Positions 10,516-23,936 of a DNA stretch of 62,000 nt are shown here, in pieces. This DNA is from Lama guanicoe (lineage: Eukaryota). Location of the stretch: assembly GCA_013239625.1 (NCBI GenBank), contig MU054037.1, positions 124,001 through 186,000 on the forward strand. The letters are read 5' to 3'. The translations under genes and the position numbers were made by a program. Position 1 is the stretch's first letter. Each line of letters starts with the position of its first letter. The notes beneath the pieces were generated by a model. That model was not told the origin of the DNA. It searched no databases and saw only the letters and a list, made by a program, of their open reading frames with translations.

Positions 10516-13500
10516 CATGTTGTTAAGCATTGTGTAGATGTTTAAATGCACCTGTACCGAAACCCCTTGCTAAAGCACATCTTTATTAAAGTAACTAAGT
10601 GGTTTTGAAAAAGCATTTGTTAAACATAATTTATTATTCAAACAGAATTCATTGTCTCTACATCCAGCAAAGCAATGTTAACTTGGGCTGTGTGCCAAGA
10701 CAGTGAAAAAGCCTTGTTATACAGATGCAGTGTGATAATGGTAGTACTCAAATCTTTCCATCCACATCCACAATATTCCCATTGGTCTAAAAGAAAAAAA
10801 GCGTCTAAGTTGATTCCCCACTGGCTCAAAGTTTCCAAATAAGTGTCTCGGGAGAGAAGTCAGAAAGTCTGGGGCTAGGGGAGGGCAGGAAGGAGTAGTG
10901 GCTGCTGGTTCCAGAACTTGAAAAAAATAATAATAAAGGAAGGAAAATGTCTATGCTTCCCCCTCATATGGGAACACTGCCAGAGACCTTACATTAGCTC
11001 TGAAAAGGAGAAAAGTTGGCCTTAAGAAAAATTCACCATATTTAACTGACCCTAAGGGCCCAGATTGCACTTGCTGAGCAATCAAGATTGCAAAGGGCAT
11101 AAATCTCTGTCTTCTAATTCCAGACATTGTTAGTCCTAGGAGGCAGGGGAAATTCTTATAGAACACAGGGCTTCTAGAATCTTATGCTCAAGACCTTAAC
11201 AGCATGACTCACACATCCAGTTTTTGAAGACAATAGCCCACAATATCAGGCCAGTCTACTGCCAGAAGCTCTCCTGTTGCTGTTAATCCCTTAGCCTCTG
11301 CAGAGATCAGCCAGGGGTGACAACCCCTCGAGACAAGGTCAAAGTCAGGCACCCTGTGCTCCTTTACATTAAGCCCTTCATTCACTCAGGGGCAGCAGAG
11401 CCTGAAGAAATAAGAGAGTGGGAAAAGATAATAGTGATTTTTCAGACTTTTGAGATTATTACTTAGCCTAGATGGTTATCTCAGTTCATCCTTCAAGGTC
11501 TAGTTCAAACCTTAAATCTTAAAGTCTTCTAGCTCCTCCAAATTCAGAGGGCATAATTCTCCTCTCAAAGTGCCAAATAATTTGGCACCTGCTTAATGCC
11601 TTGCATTGCTAGCTTCCTTTCAAGTGTGATCTATCTTATAAACACAACCTACAGTCTGACTGCAAATTCTTGAGACTGACTGCAAAGTCTTTTTTCCTCC
11701 TCCTCCTCATCCACGTCCTTCCATATCCCATAGCACCTAGTCTACTGTTTTGCATATGTGCTTAAATTTTAAGGGAAAAATCAGCTAGAATCTTCTAATA
11801 GATGTACCATTCTCAAGGAAAACTCCTTCTCAACACATGAATTGGTCACACAAATCTCTCCCAACTCTGAAATTTTCTGATGTAGTACAAAGTGTATGAC
11901 AATCGCCATTGTTTTTAAATTCATTACTCAGCCTATGACAGGCAATCTTCCACATTTAAAAAAAAAGTTTACATTTGCTGAATTGAAATCTCTAAAAGGT
12001 TTCAAGAGCCAACCGAGAGTCAAGAGTTAAACTAAAATTCACCTGCATTAAGCACTGTTACAAATAGCTCATTTGAGTTGATGATTAGATGAAAAGATAC
12101 CCTCCATGCAACACTAAGCATGCTCCTGCACAATGACACACACTGTTTAACTACAGTTCTGCCTGAAAACAGATTTCTTTTGACATTAATCGCAAGACAC
12201 ATTCTTAATTTCAAAACATTAAAAAATCTGTTTTTATCAAGTGTTTCAGAATCAAGGATATACGGGCTATATATAGAAAATGTCTCTGAGCCTATCCATG
12301 CAACTGTTCACCTTAATTTCTTCTAGGAAAAATGGAAATGGAAACTACATAGAGGTCTTTGCTCTGAAGCGTCTGCAATGCCAGAAAGCAGTTGAGAAAG
12401 GTGTCTGTGGGACAGAGATGGGGGAGAGCACAAGAAGCTGAACTCTGTGCTCCACAATGCCTTGCAGATGAGACAATGTTTTTTCTGCCTCCATAATCCG
12501 GAGAATGGACAACATGGATTTTACAGAATATACTCAAGTGTGACATGCAACTAGAGGAAAGTAGAAGAAATTACCAGAAAATAGTATTTCATTAATACTT
12601 AGCTAAAACTGCCTAGCCGGAAGAAGCTCCGTGAAAAAGAGACTGCAGTGTTCCCAAACAGCGAATAACACACCATGATTTACTATAGCTATGCTCCACG
12701 GCTTAGCCTCCCATACAGCCCTGGTCACATTTTGCTTTTTGTCTCTGTTACTTACACAAGGGGCAGATTCAATTTTAGATCACCACGCTTAGGTATCCAA
12801 GAAATTTTGCTGTCTTTATTTTCTTTATATCAACTTAAATCCATCTCGATTCCCTCTGCGCTGCATGAAAAGTCAATCACCATTGTCACTGGTGTCTCCT
12901 TACTCCCTGATTTACACCACAATCTGGGAGAAGTGCATGTATCAGAAAACAGGGGAAGGACTTCTAATCTCTCACCTACTTTGATCCCTTCTAATATTCT
13001 TAGTGCCCAATCTTGAAATGTCACAGGCTTTCTGTTCCAATGCTAAGTAGGGATGGAGGAGGACAGGCAAGGAGGCTTTACCTCTGCTGGTGCCTAGAGT
13101 GGAGCCTCCCTAAGGCACCATACGGCCATCCTACCGACCAGGACACAACCACAGAACAAGCAAGGGTGCCCACTACCCATAGCCTACCAACCTCCAGCCC
13201 CTTTCTGGTGCTCCAGAATTTCCATTCTTCCCTGGCTCTCAAGGGTACCTCTTAATTTTTTCCCTGTTTCTAATGCTTCAGGGCACCTTGGGCAATTTCA
13301 ACAATAAGCTAGCATGGGATTGGGAACCCACAGTAATTAATAATCTTAACAAACTATCCTGCCACTTACACTGGTATTATCATTCTTTCCCAACTCAAAT
13401 TTCCCTTCAGTCCTCACTCCACCCTCCATCACTACTAGACTTGGAGTTCCAGAGGGAAGGCGCAGTTTCTTACTCATTTTATATCCTCTAAAATACCTGC

Positions 13501-13820
13501 CATGGGGATTCTCAACCACAGCACACAGAAATCAAATCCTTCCCAGCAGTCCCTGCAAATTTTTATTGATGTTTTAAAAATTGTTTCTTTTTGCTACAAC
13601 TGAATATAAATATTGTCACAGCAAAGCCTAAGTAATGAAACGAAGCACATCAGACAGCTGAGTGTGGAGCAGCTTTGTTGTAACTAAGAAGTTTGAGGTT
13701 AGCACGTCATCAGATAGGACTACAGAGGAATTCCAAGAACTCTGCCTCCAAGAAGAGCACAGCTGGGGAAGAACCATCCTGAAGAGCAACCCACAGATAA
13801 CCCCAATATTTTATTGAAAC

Positions 13821-14313
13821 TGTCGGCTGAAATAAATGCACAGCCTAAAAGTTAAGAGTTATGTTTTATTTGGCGGGAGGAATCGAGCCGGGATGACAGC
13901 CTCTCAGATCGCTCTGAGGCACCGCTCCGAAGAGGTAGGGGAGGAGCTAGGATCCATAGGAGCTTTACAACAAAGATCAGGTAGTTGGAACAATAAAAGA
14001 TTACTTGTTGTCTAAAGAAAACCAGGCATCTCAAGTTAAAGAATTTAGTGCTTTTCTATGTATGGGAGGAAGTAAACATTTGGGCTCATTGAATTCACTC
14101 TTCTGACAAGCACCCAGCTATCTAGGGCCAGTATCTTGTCCTTTCTTATTCTGAGTCTGCTCAGAGTGCCCATTGTGAGTGGCTGCAGAGGCTGGGCTGC
14201 AGGCCTATCCTCACTGGGGGGTGGCGGCAGCTGCAGAGGACTTGGTTTCAGCATTCTTTGTTTACTGATATGGTTGCAGTATTTTCATTCACATTGCAGT
14301 ATTTTCGTTCACA
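13821..14313 (-). mobile_element. Solo ERV1-type LTR
   Basis: TG...CA termini; minus-strand AATAAA at 13870-13865; CpG retained; terminal 20 bp tandemly duplicated. Confidence 0.8.
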
Positions 14314-14699
14314 ACATTATGGCGGTGATTGCATTATAATCACTGCTGGCTTGATTAGCGTTGCTGTCAATCATTTAATTATCTCATAGTATGTCTCAAA
14401 AAATTCTAGAATTTGACGTGTGCTTCTGAAGACACCGCTAGATGTCTTTTATTCTCATTTCCTTCCCATCTAAAAGAATATCCATTGTATAGTCATCCAA
14501 CATAAAGACTGCACTGCCCAGCCTATGTTGCAGCTGTGTGTACATAAACGGTGAATCACTGTGGGAATAGCAACAATGGGCATCCATGACTATGCTTTGC
14601 CTGAAGGAGCAAGGAGAGGAAAGAAGAGGTTCCCAGAACCCACAGAGTAAGCTATGGGTATAGAAGACAGTTGCCTGACAAGAACTGTTGCTTCTGCAT

Positions 14700-15410
14700 T
14701 GCAGCCACAGACTGGCTTCCCCCAGAAGCAGATCTCAAAGGCAGGATTTCAGCACAAGCAGTTTATTTGGGAAGTAATCCCTGGAGGCACTGGAAAGGGG
14801 AAGTTAAGTGAGCCAGGGCAGGGAAAGAAGCCAACACAGTGTGCATTGACCAGCAGATCAGCACTGAGTACAAATGGGGCTCAGTCTCAATAGGGACCTT
14901 CAGCAGATGGTGAAGAACACAGCCCAGAGTTGTACCAACCGAGGGGAGAGAAAATGGGGATGTTTACCCACCAATTTCCATACATCACTGGTTAAGGGCT
15001 GCTCCCTGGGGTATCAACTATCCAGCATCTCAGCCTACCCTGCGCATGGGCTACGCATGCTTCCCTGTCCAGAAAAAGCCCTCAGGTAGAGAGTGGCAGG
15101 TGTTTACACAGGAAAGAGCCACCACCGTACATCAGGAATGGTGACAGCTGAGGGTCCACGGATGGGGGACCCACAGGATTTGCTATACCTTCAGCTAAAC
15201 AGTGTAGCCACTGCCAGTCTGTGGACCCAGCAGGGAAAGAGCGAGGAATAAATGCCTGACCTTGCTCTCCGCTCACCTGCCAATCCCCTGCTGAACCTAA
15301 CCAGAAGACCCTTGATGCAATTCACTCTGGACCACCTCCTCCACTACAGAGCAGGGTGGAGGAGGATGACCAGTGGGTCTGTGGAGCAAGCAGAGGGTAT
15401 CTAGCACACC
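14700..15410 (-). mobile_element. Old ERVL-type LTR (LTR16/LTR33-like)
   Basis: CCCCAGAAGCAGATCTCAAAGGCAGGATTTCAGCACAAGCAGTTTATTTGGGAAG resembles these LTRs; boundaries approximate. Confidence 0.5.
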
Positions 15411-15589
15411 TGCCTTCCATTGTTTCCAAATTTCTATTTTAAAAATCAAGGACCACACTCTCTTTGACTATAAAAATATTGTGATACATTTATATCTTCG
15501 CTAAAACTAAAGAAACTTGTGACTGGAAAGGACCTGGGGAAACTGTGTGAGTCCAAGCAGTTGAGTGAGCACTAAGAAAACGAGAGGAG

Positions 15590-15780
15590 ACTTTAGTTCT
15601 AGTTCTGGCTCTAATAATTATGAAGGAAGCCACTTTGGGCAAGTCATTTAGCACTCCAGGCTGTTTCCTCATCCTTACAATAGGGCAAGGTCCTACTGAG
15701 CTAACAAAGCTATTATGAAAATCAAAAGAATATAAAATACCCTATAATTAAAAGGGTTATACAAACAATGAGGTGTTAAT
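15590..15780 (+). mobile_element. MIR SINE
   Basis: TTGGGCAAGTCATTTAGCAC...TGTTTCCTCATC core. Confidence 0.6.
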
Positions 15781-17483
15781 ATACCCTCTCTGTTCCAGAC
15801 AGATGAGAAGCAATGCCACTTTAAAACACATTTAGGAAGGAAATGGCACTATTTTGATTCACTGTGTTTTTTTCAATTAGGAAGACATTTACACATTCAC
15901 CACTACAAAAATTTTTTTAATGAGACAAGGCAAAAACATATAACAGGTATTTACTTTCTCAACTATTTTCTTACCACTAACCTCCCCTACCCAAAAATCT
16001 ACATTCAGTTAATTATGCATCAGTTTACAATAAATAAAGCCATTTTTCTCTAGCTATGTCCTTCTATTTTTGACAATGTGCTTTACTCTTTTAACCACTT
16101 CCTCTTCTACCCTTATGGGCTTCAACATTTCTGATGATCCAGTAATCACGTACAAGATCACAATTCTACATCTTTTCTATTTTCACTTCTCTTTTAATGT
16201 AGAAAATAAGTCTAATGATGGAGGCACCATCAGATTATAGTAAGAAATACTGGGTAAAACATCTTCTATGTACAATCACCAATCTGAGGAATTAAGAAAG
16301 TTATAAGTATTGTTCCTAAATGCAGATGTCAGAGTTTCTGCCTTGATCAGGAATCAAGATATAATCAACCCAGAGAAATTCATGAAACAAAGGCAGGGTT
16401 TTCTTTGGGGCTATCCCATTGTTGCTGCCTTAAGATCCCAAGCAGTGCAGTAACTCATTTGGTTGGCCTCAAAATTTTCACTAAGGAACTCTAGGGGAGG
16501 GGAGATTGTTTTTAAATGTACCACTATTCGGAAAAATAAGCATTTTATAGTTCTTACTTATTCACAACAAGGTAGAGGAAGGGGGAAACAGTTATTAAGG
16601 AAGCAAAATAAGGTATTTCATAAGAGTGAACATTAAAAAAAGGAGTGAACATAAAGATATTCTTTTTGCTGACTATTGTTTCAAATCTCTGTGGTGGGTG
16701 GGAACAGGAAGATTTAAATGCAGAGGGAAGGAAAAGGCTTTGCCCTTTTCCTTAAAGCAAGTTAATTCTATTTTAATTAGCTTTCTGGCTGTTATCTCTA
16801 TGCTTCAGATCTGGAACATGGAATACCCCATTATCACACCATCTTGAGGAAACAGCTATTGCCCCCCTGAACTTTGGTAAGAAGTATAACAGATATAACA
16901 GCTCAGGACTTACTAGTCTAGGAAAGAAAGTTTCTGCATAGACCCTTCTCCCAGTAAGGTTAAAGAAAACTACTTAAAAAAAAAACTCAATGAAATGATA
17001 AGCCATTTTCCATGTTGGTAATTTTCATTGTCCATATTTACTTTTATCTGAATACAATTGGTAAGAACTCCATTTAAAATGCTAGAATATCTGATATGTA
17101 CTTAAAGAGAGGCAGAGAGGGAGAAGGAGGCAGGGAAGGAGGAAGGAAGGGAGAGAGAGAGGGAATATATTCAAGATTGAAAATTCAAATAAAATGAAAT
17201 ACTTGTCAGCTAGTCTTAATAAGCTATTATTTTTATATTCCTAAACTTGCTAAAGATTGCTCCAATTTGTAATACCTAAAACAACAATAAACTTGTATTA
17301 GGATTAAAAAAATACTTTTTGGATGGAAGGGATATTAAAATAATTTAATTTATACATAATGGTTATGTAAATACTCTGATGTTTACACAACTGTCTTCCA
17401 AATGTGGAAACTCTAGATTGGTTTGGGTTTCGGCATCAGACTGCTAAAAATAATCAGATAGATATTATCTGGGTGCTATTTTT

Positions 17484-18196
17484 TTTTTAATTTCATTTTA
17501 TTTTTTATTGAAGTATATTCAATTGCTGTGTCAATTTCTGGTGTACAGCATGTTTCAGTAATACATGTACATACATATATGCCTTTCTGTATTTTTTTCA
17601 TTATAGGTTACTATAAGATATTGAATATAGTTCCCTGTGCTATACAGTAGAAACTTAATTGTTTATCTATTTTATATATAGTAGTTAGTATATGCAAATC
17701 TCAAACTCTTAGTTTATCCCTTCTCATCCGCTTTCCCCCTGGTAACCATAAGCTGGTTTTCTATGTCTGTAAATCTGTTTCTGTTTTGTAAATAAGTTCA
17801 TTTGTGTCATTTTTTTAGATTCCGCATGTAAGTGATATATGGTATTTTTCTTTCTCTTTCTGGCTTCCTTCACTCAGTATGTGAAGCAACAGGTCCATCC
17901 GTATTACTGCAAATGGCATTATTTTATTATTTTTTATGGTTGAGTAGTATTCCATTGTGTATATATACTGCAACTTCTTTATCCAGTCACCTGTCGATGG
18001 ACATTAGGTTGTCTCCATGTCTTGGCTATTGTAAACAGTGCTGCTATGAACACTGGGGTAAATGTATCTTTTTGAATTAGAGCTTCCTCTGGATATATGC
18101 CCAGGAGTGGGACTGCTGAATCATATGGTAAGTCTGTTTTTAAAGTTTTTTAAGGAATCTCCATACTGTTTTCCATAACAGCTGCACCAAACTACA
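17484..18196 (-). mobile_element. 5'-truncated L1 3' end with TSD
   Basis: L1 3' UTR/ORF2 end; 14-bp TSD TGGGTGCTATTTTT (17470-17483) and TGGGCGCTATTTTT (18197-18210). Confidence 0.9.
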
Positions 18197-20009
18197 TGGG
18201 CGCTATTTTTAGGGTGCTGTTAAGAGAGCCTCAATCAAAATTAAAATACCTCTACCTCCTGCCTGTTGATATCTTAGATTTCTTTAACTGTGGACAAATT
18301 ATTTTACTCCACATTTAGTTGTAAATAGCCTTAAGAAAAGTAACAACAGGTACCATTTCTAAGTTTAAAAAAGAAGAAATTGCATGCACTTAAATGAATT
18401 ATAAATATTGATATGAATTATAAATACTGACCTGACCAATAAATAGGAAAGAGGGGGTAGAGAGATTATGCTTGCTCCACAACACATTTTGAGTTCTTCT
18501 ATGGCTGATTGACGAGTCAGAGAGTTCTTTCCCAAAGAAATGGGTATTAATTAAAATAATCTTTATGATTGTGAAGTTTGAATTGCATACATATTATCTG
18601 GATGAAATTCCAGAAAACTTGCAATGGGAGGTAAAGACCTTCAGGTTATCTCTAGACCGAATTCTGACCACAATTCTCAGATATGGAGAAGAAATTTCTA
18701 GAGTATAAATACAAACAGAGGCCTTCCAGTTTGGAAGTTTTCTAGGTTTACTGACACCAGAATTTTGCTTGATTAAATGAATCCTTTTTTCCTGTAAATA
18801 AGAAAATTCATTGTCCCAAAGCTATGACTCACCTCTAAAGGTCAGGACACACTGTGAGTACCAAGTGTGACCACACCTCCAGATGTTAAAGCTCCAGGAT
18901 ATGGGACAAACTGGCATCTCATCAACTTCTGAACCTAAGCTGAGGCATAATTTACTGCAGAAACACTGCTGAAGGAACTTCATGTTCTTGGAAGCTCCCT
19001 GGATTATAAACTCTGAACTAGAGCTAGCAGTGGGCGTGACTAGACAGACAAAGTTTGAAAATTCATGCTCCCAGAGAAGTGACGACACTTTCAAACCCAG
19101 CCAAAGGGCCTTTGCCTAGTCCTGCACCTTAGAGTGACCCATAAACCAGAAACCCACAAGTGATGAATTTGGTAAAAATCACACGGGCACTTCTGTCACT
19201 CAGGACCCAGTGTTCAGTGATGACACGGGGCAACTCACAATCCAACACATCTGCTGCTGTAATTCACACCATTAAGCTGCCAGAGAAACATTCTACCATG
19301 TTGCCTCGTGCCCATGAAGGATGACTGTGCCCAAATGAAGGACTGAGGACTGTGGCACTGCTAATATCAGATATGCACAATGCTTCAGAGAATGAGAATC
19401 ACTTGCTTTGGAGAAATAATTAGGTAAGGAAAAAAAGAGCTCATCATGCCTTTCCTCTCAAATATCACAACAGATATCTGAAGAGTAAAATATTTGCCAA
19501 TAGAGCAGAGTGTTCATTTGCTTGAACTCTTTATATCTAATATTCATTATTTAGCATAGTTTTTACAACAGTTACACATTGCATCTGAGGAACAATTTGC
19601 AATACTAAACAATTAATAATATCCTAAATTTGTATATATGTAAGTCTAGATATAATAGATATGAAACACAATACCTAGTCTTCACATTGGTAACTACAAT
19701 TATGAACAGTTTTAGACTTACAGAAATATTTTATAATACTTAATTAAATTCCAAAAAAGTTAAAACTTTCAACTGTACTTAAATAAATTTAATTTAAATT
19801 TTGATAGTTACTAATTATCATTACATTTTGCCTTTGAACTTAGCAGAAAATTTTGACTATATTAGAAGAAAAATAATTTCTTAAAGAAATTGTTGTAAAT
19901 GTAAATTTTTTTACATTTACTTTAACTTATAATTTTTGTATAAAAGATATTCAAGGTTTGTATATGTTTTGCAGCAGTTTAGAAATTTGGCCTTAATTTT
20001 TTTACATAC

Positions 20010-21245
20010 CTCCCATTGAAAGATTGGGGGCAGTCCATATAGTACTCTGAGTAGGCTTGAAACTTTGCGGGGAGCCGCTCGTGACGGAGGGCTGCCGAGC
20101 ACAAAACTTGGGCGTAAAACCCCAAAGTGCAGGGCGCCAGGCTCTGAGATTGAGGCTGCCGAGCACAAAGGTTGGGCCTAAACTCCCACAGTGCGGGGCG
20201 CCCGGCTCAAAGGTCAATTGAGTTAGAACAATCTCTGTCCCGCCACCCCTTTTACTAAAGAATGCACCAGGTGCGCTAATGCCTGAGGAAACATCCTTGA
20301 GTTATTAAGTCACAAAGGACCTTTGGAAGGAGAGATGCAATCGGCATGCAAGTTAGTAATCTTAGCCTGAAGAACAATCACCTGAGATAATAGCACACAA
20401 GTCACGATGTTAGCTTAGAGGAACAATGTCTTAGCTTATCATCTTGGTTCCAGGAACTCTTAATCTTAGTTTTACGAGAACTGTAAACAATAATGATGTC
20501 TGTAACAATATACAAGTTAATGATTTTAGTACACGTTGTTAATGTGCCTTAAAACAATACCTTTGCCTACATGCAGGAATGTATGAGCTAATGGGTTAAA
20601 ATCATATAAATTAACTGCAAGAAATAAACTCGTGGTCCACTCTTGACCTAGCGTCTTGCGGGCTAGAGTGAGACCCTCTCAACCCCACCTTTTAGTCTTG
20701 TCTTTCTTTCTCAGTCCTGCAGCACAGGTTTTCTGGACCTGATCGATTGTCGGCAGGCTCCGACAAAACTTCTTCAGCCAATGAAGTAGAGTAGAAGTGA
20801 CACTATATGGCTTTTAATGCTACATCAAAAAAGGCCATTCAGGTTCTGCCTTGCTCACTAGAACACTCATTCCTGAAGTCCTGAGCCACCATTTAAAAAG
20901 TTCAACTATCCTGTGGCTGCCATACTGTGAGGAAGCCTAAGCCACAAGAAGAGACCACATATAGGCATTCCAACCAAGCCCAGCCTTCGAGTGTTCCTAG
21001 CGTAGGCACCAGATGTGTGAGTGGAGAAGCCTACAGATAATACTGGACCCCAGCCAGTAAAGTCTCCTCCAGCTATCTGAGTCTTGCCAGCTGAGACCCT
21101 AGACATCATGAACCAGAGATAAGCCATCTTTCCTGTACCCTGTCCAAATTCCTGACCCAGAGAATCCATAATGATAACAAAGTAGTTGTCATTTTATGCC
21201 ACGAAGTTTTGGTAAGGTATGTTATACACCAACAGATAACTAGAA
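20010..21245 (+). mobile_element. MLT1 (MaLR) LTR interrupted by the ERVK-like LTR
   Basis: MLT1-like motifs on both sides of the insertion (TCCCATTGAAAG, AGAAGTGAC, GGCTGCCATACTGTGAGGAAGCC, terminal TTATACACCAACAGATAACT). Confidence 0.65.
20066..20765 (+). mobile_element. Solo ERVK/betaretrovirus-like LTR (700 bp)
   Basis: TG...CA termini; perfect 6-bp TSD AAACTT (20060-20065 and 20766-20771); TATAAA 20605-20610; AATAAA 20623-20628; ~64-bp U3 tandem repeat. Confidence 0.9.
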
Positions 21246-22129
21246 TGCTTTGAATACAGTTACATTTTATTTTTTAACTTAGATTGTTAAGGATAATTAT
21301 CAGTTACACTAGTGGTAGAAATTGTAGAAGTGGAGGGAAGGAAAAAAATATTTAAGAGATAAAAGTAGAAAGAGGGACCTCCAGTTACTGCAGCATGTGG
21401 GATTCAACAATGCCTCTCTGTAATAAAACATGTATATACTCTGAGGAAGGTGGAATAGATATATTTTTCCATATTTTTGTCAGTTAAGTCCAACTAAAAA
21501 CTCTGGACACTTTAAATATATATATGAAGATGATGACTCTAAAAGATGAGAGAAGAAGGCAGATTGGCTAGGGAACTAGAGACTGTAGAAATGACACAGT
21601 TGTGAGTTCCCCAGGATTTCTTTTCACCTTATACATCCCATACTTGAAGGAAGCTAGGTCCCATCCCCATCCAGCAGTAATAAGCAGTGTTGTCTGCTTG
21701 GGTGTCAATGGGGGCTGAATGGGGAACTGGGACTTTCATTGCCACCTAGCAGTAATGGGCCAGCATACCCCTTCCAATGCCAGAGGAAGTGTCAGAGAAA
21801 GCTAGCTAAGAGAAGTTAATTAAGATGCAGAGTCCCATAACAAAATATCCAAAATGCCTAGGGTTTGACTCAAAAATCCATCATACCTATAATCAGAATG
21901 AGCACAAACTGAATGACAAAAGACAAGCAATAGTTGCCAACACAGAGATTCAAGTTTAATTCTAGTTTAAATTCTACTTTACTTTCTAGTAGAAATTCTA
22001 ATTTAAATGTGTAAATATATTCAAAGTAATCATATGAGTCAGTCTTTGAGAGTTCTAGTTAATATATAAGTATGAGTAAACCACCAACCTATGTTATGAG
22101 TAAAACAATTGGTGTCATTTGTAAATTTA

Positions 22130-22530
22130 TTTCTCTTGCATATGAAAGAAGTCCAGAGGTAGGAACTCCTGGGCAGGCATGAAGCTTCCATGGTTGTCAG
22201 GGATCTGAGTTCCTTCCATTTTGCTGCTTGACTTCTCATATTCCAAAATGACTGCTCAAGCTGCAGCCATTTCACTCAAAATTTAAGCAGCACTATGGAG
22301 AAGGAAGGAAAAGGGGGAATAGCTTTCGTTTCCCAAGAGTTCCCTGAAGTCTCACCAATTCTTTAATATATATCTCATTGGTCAGAACTGTATGTATGAT
22401 CCCATCTTGCTGCAAAAGAGGCTGGGAAATGTCATCTCTTGGCTACATTGTGCTCAGTGAAAATTGGGGTTTGTTTATTTGAGAGGAGAGAGAATGGGTA
22501 TGTGGTCAGTGATTAGCAGTCTCTGCTGTA
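22130..22530 (-). mobile_element. Old MLT1-type LTR
   Basis: CTCATTGGTCAGAACTG...GCTGCAAAAGAGGCTGGGAAATG motif typical of antisense MLT1J/K. Confidence 0.55.
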
Positions 22531-22989
22531 GGGCGAAACTTACACAGATTCAGAGTGAAAAGAAGGTGAGACTACAGTTTCCAAAGAATGAAATAAGGAA
22601 GAAAAGTAAAAAAGTAAAGAAAAGAATAGAAAAGAAAAGAAAAGGAATAGATATCCCTCTTACATTAAGCACAATGATGACATCATAAATGAGTTTCTAT
22701 CTAGGAATGGTAGGCAGTGTCTAATTAGTACAATACTTACTATTAATACTAACAGCTAAAGAAATTTTTTTAATGATTTCAAAGTGAAAACATTTCTTCC
22801 TTCTATAATATATTCTTTGTTTATTAATCTCAATAAGCAAGCAAATTAATTTCTCCAGAGCTACTCAACGTTTGCTTTCTGTTAAACATGTAAGCACCAT
22901 TTATTTGATTTACTTGGATAAATGCTTGTGAAGCACTGTTTAAATTACATTATTTTGATCATGGTTGTTATAAAAATTAATGATGGTTA

Positions 22990-23345
22990 AAAATGCATCC
23001 TGGGGAGAGAAAGTGGAAGGGGGGAAGTGGGAATGTTTATGAAAGAACAACAGGAAGGAAATTTGTGGTGATGGAATAGCTTCGTATCTGTATTCTGGTG
23101 GTGGATACATGAAACCACATGTGGTAAAATTGCATAGAACTTAATACAGACATACATATATGAAAGTAAAACTGGGAAAATCTGAGGAAAATGGGTGGAT
23201 TGTATCAATGCCAATATTCTGGCTGTGCGTACCATAGTTTTGCAAGTTGTCATCTTTGAAGGATACACACTATTTCCCTGTATTATTCCTACAACATTAT
23301 GTGAATGTACACTTATCATAAAATTTAAAATTTAATTTAAAAAGT
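22990..23345 (+). mobile_element. Old L1 3' end
   Basis: GAAATTTGTGGTGATGGAA...GATTGTATCAATGCCAAT...ACAACATTATGTGAATGTAC L1M 3' motifs. Confidence 0.6.
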
Positions 23346-23936
23346 AACAGTTGATGAAAATGATTCAACACATATTTGTAACTTATTTTCTTAAGGAAAA
23401 AACATTGAAAAGCTTGCTTTTATATTTTCTTAATGGTGTCTTTTTATTAAGAGAAGTTCTCAACTTTAGTAAGGAACAATTTATCAATCTTCTTTATAAT
23501 CAGTGATTCTTCTGTCTGGTTTAAGAAATATTTGCCTTCCCCAAGATCATAAAGATACTCTGTCACGTTATCTTCTAGTAGCTTTGTTGTTTTACATAAG
23601 TCTGCAATCTATGTGAAATCGATGTTTGGGTATAGCTAGGAATCAAGACACGCTGTTGTCTTATGAATATCCAGTTGACCCAGCATAATCTACTGATAAG
23701 ATCACTCTTTCCTCACTGCACTGTAGTATCACTTTTGTCATAAATCAAATGACTATATATGTGTAGGTTTGTTTCCAGACTCTATTGTTTTCTGTTGGTC
23801 TGTCTATCATGAAGCCACTTTATTCTAGTAATATCTTTAACTTAATAATAAGAGGTGACGTATAGTAGGTAAAGACCCTCCAACTTTGTTCTTCAAGATT
23901 CTCTTGGCTCTACTTGGCCTCTTGCAATTACATACA

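Noticed and set aside
12327..12400. Plus-strand exon-like segment (KNGNGNYIEVFALKR...)
   Set aside because: Weak donor (GTGTCT) and no recognisable homology
16809..16876. Plus-strand exon-like segment (CTTCAG|...TTG|GTAAGA)
   Set aside because: Isolated, with no partner exons or homology; two of three frames are closed; consistent with a chance pseudo-exon
12312..19039. A single novel protein-coding gene joining minus-strand candidates 19039-18833 and 12550-12312
   Set aside because: Phases are incompatible: the first ends in phase 1 and the second's ORF needs phase 2. Direct splicing hits TGA after 5 codons
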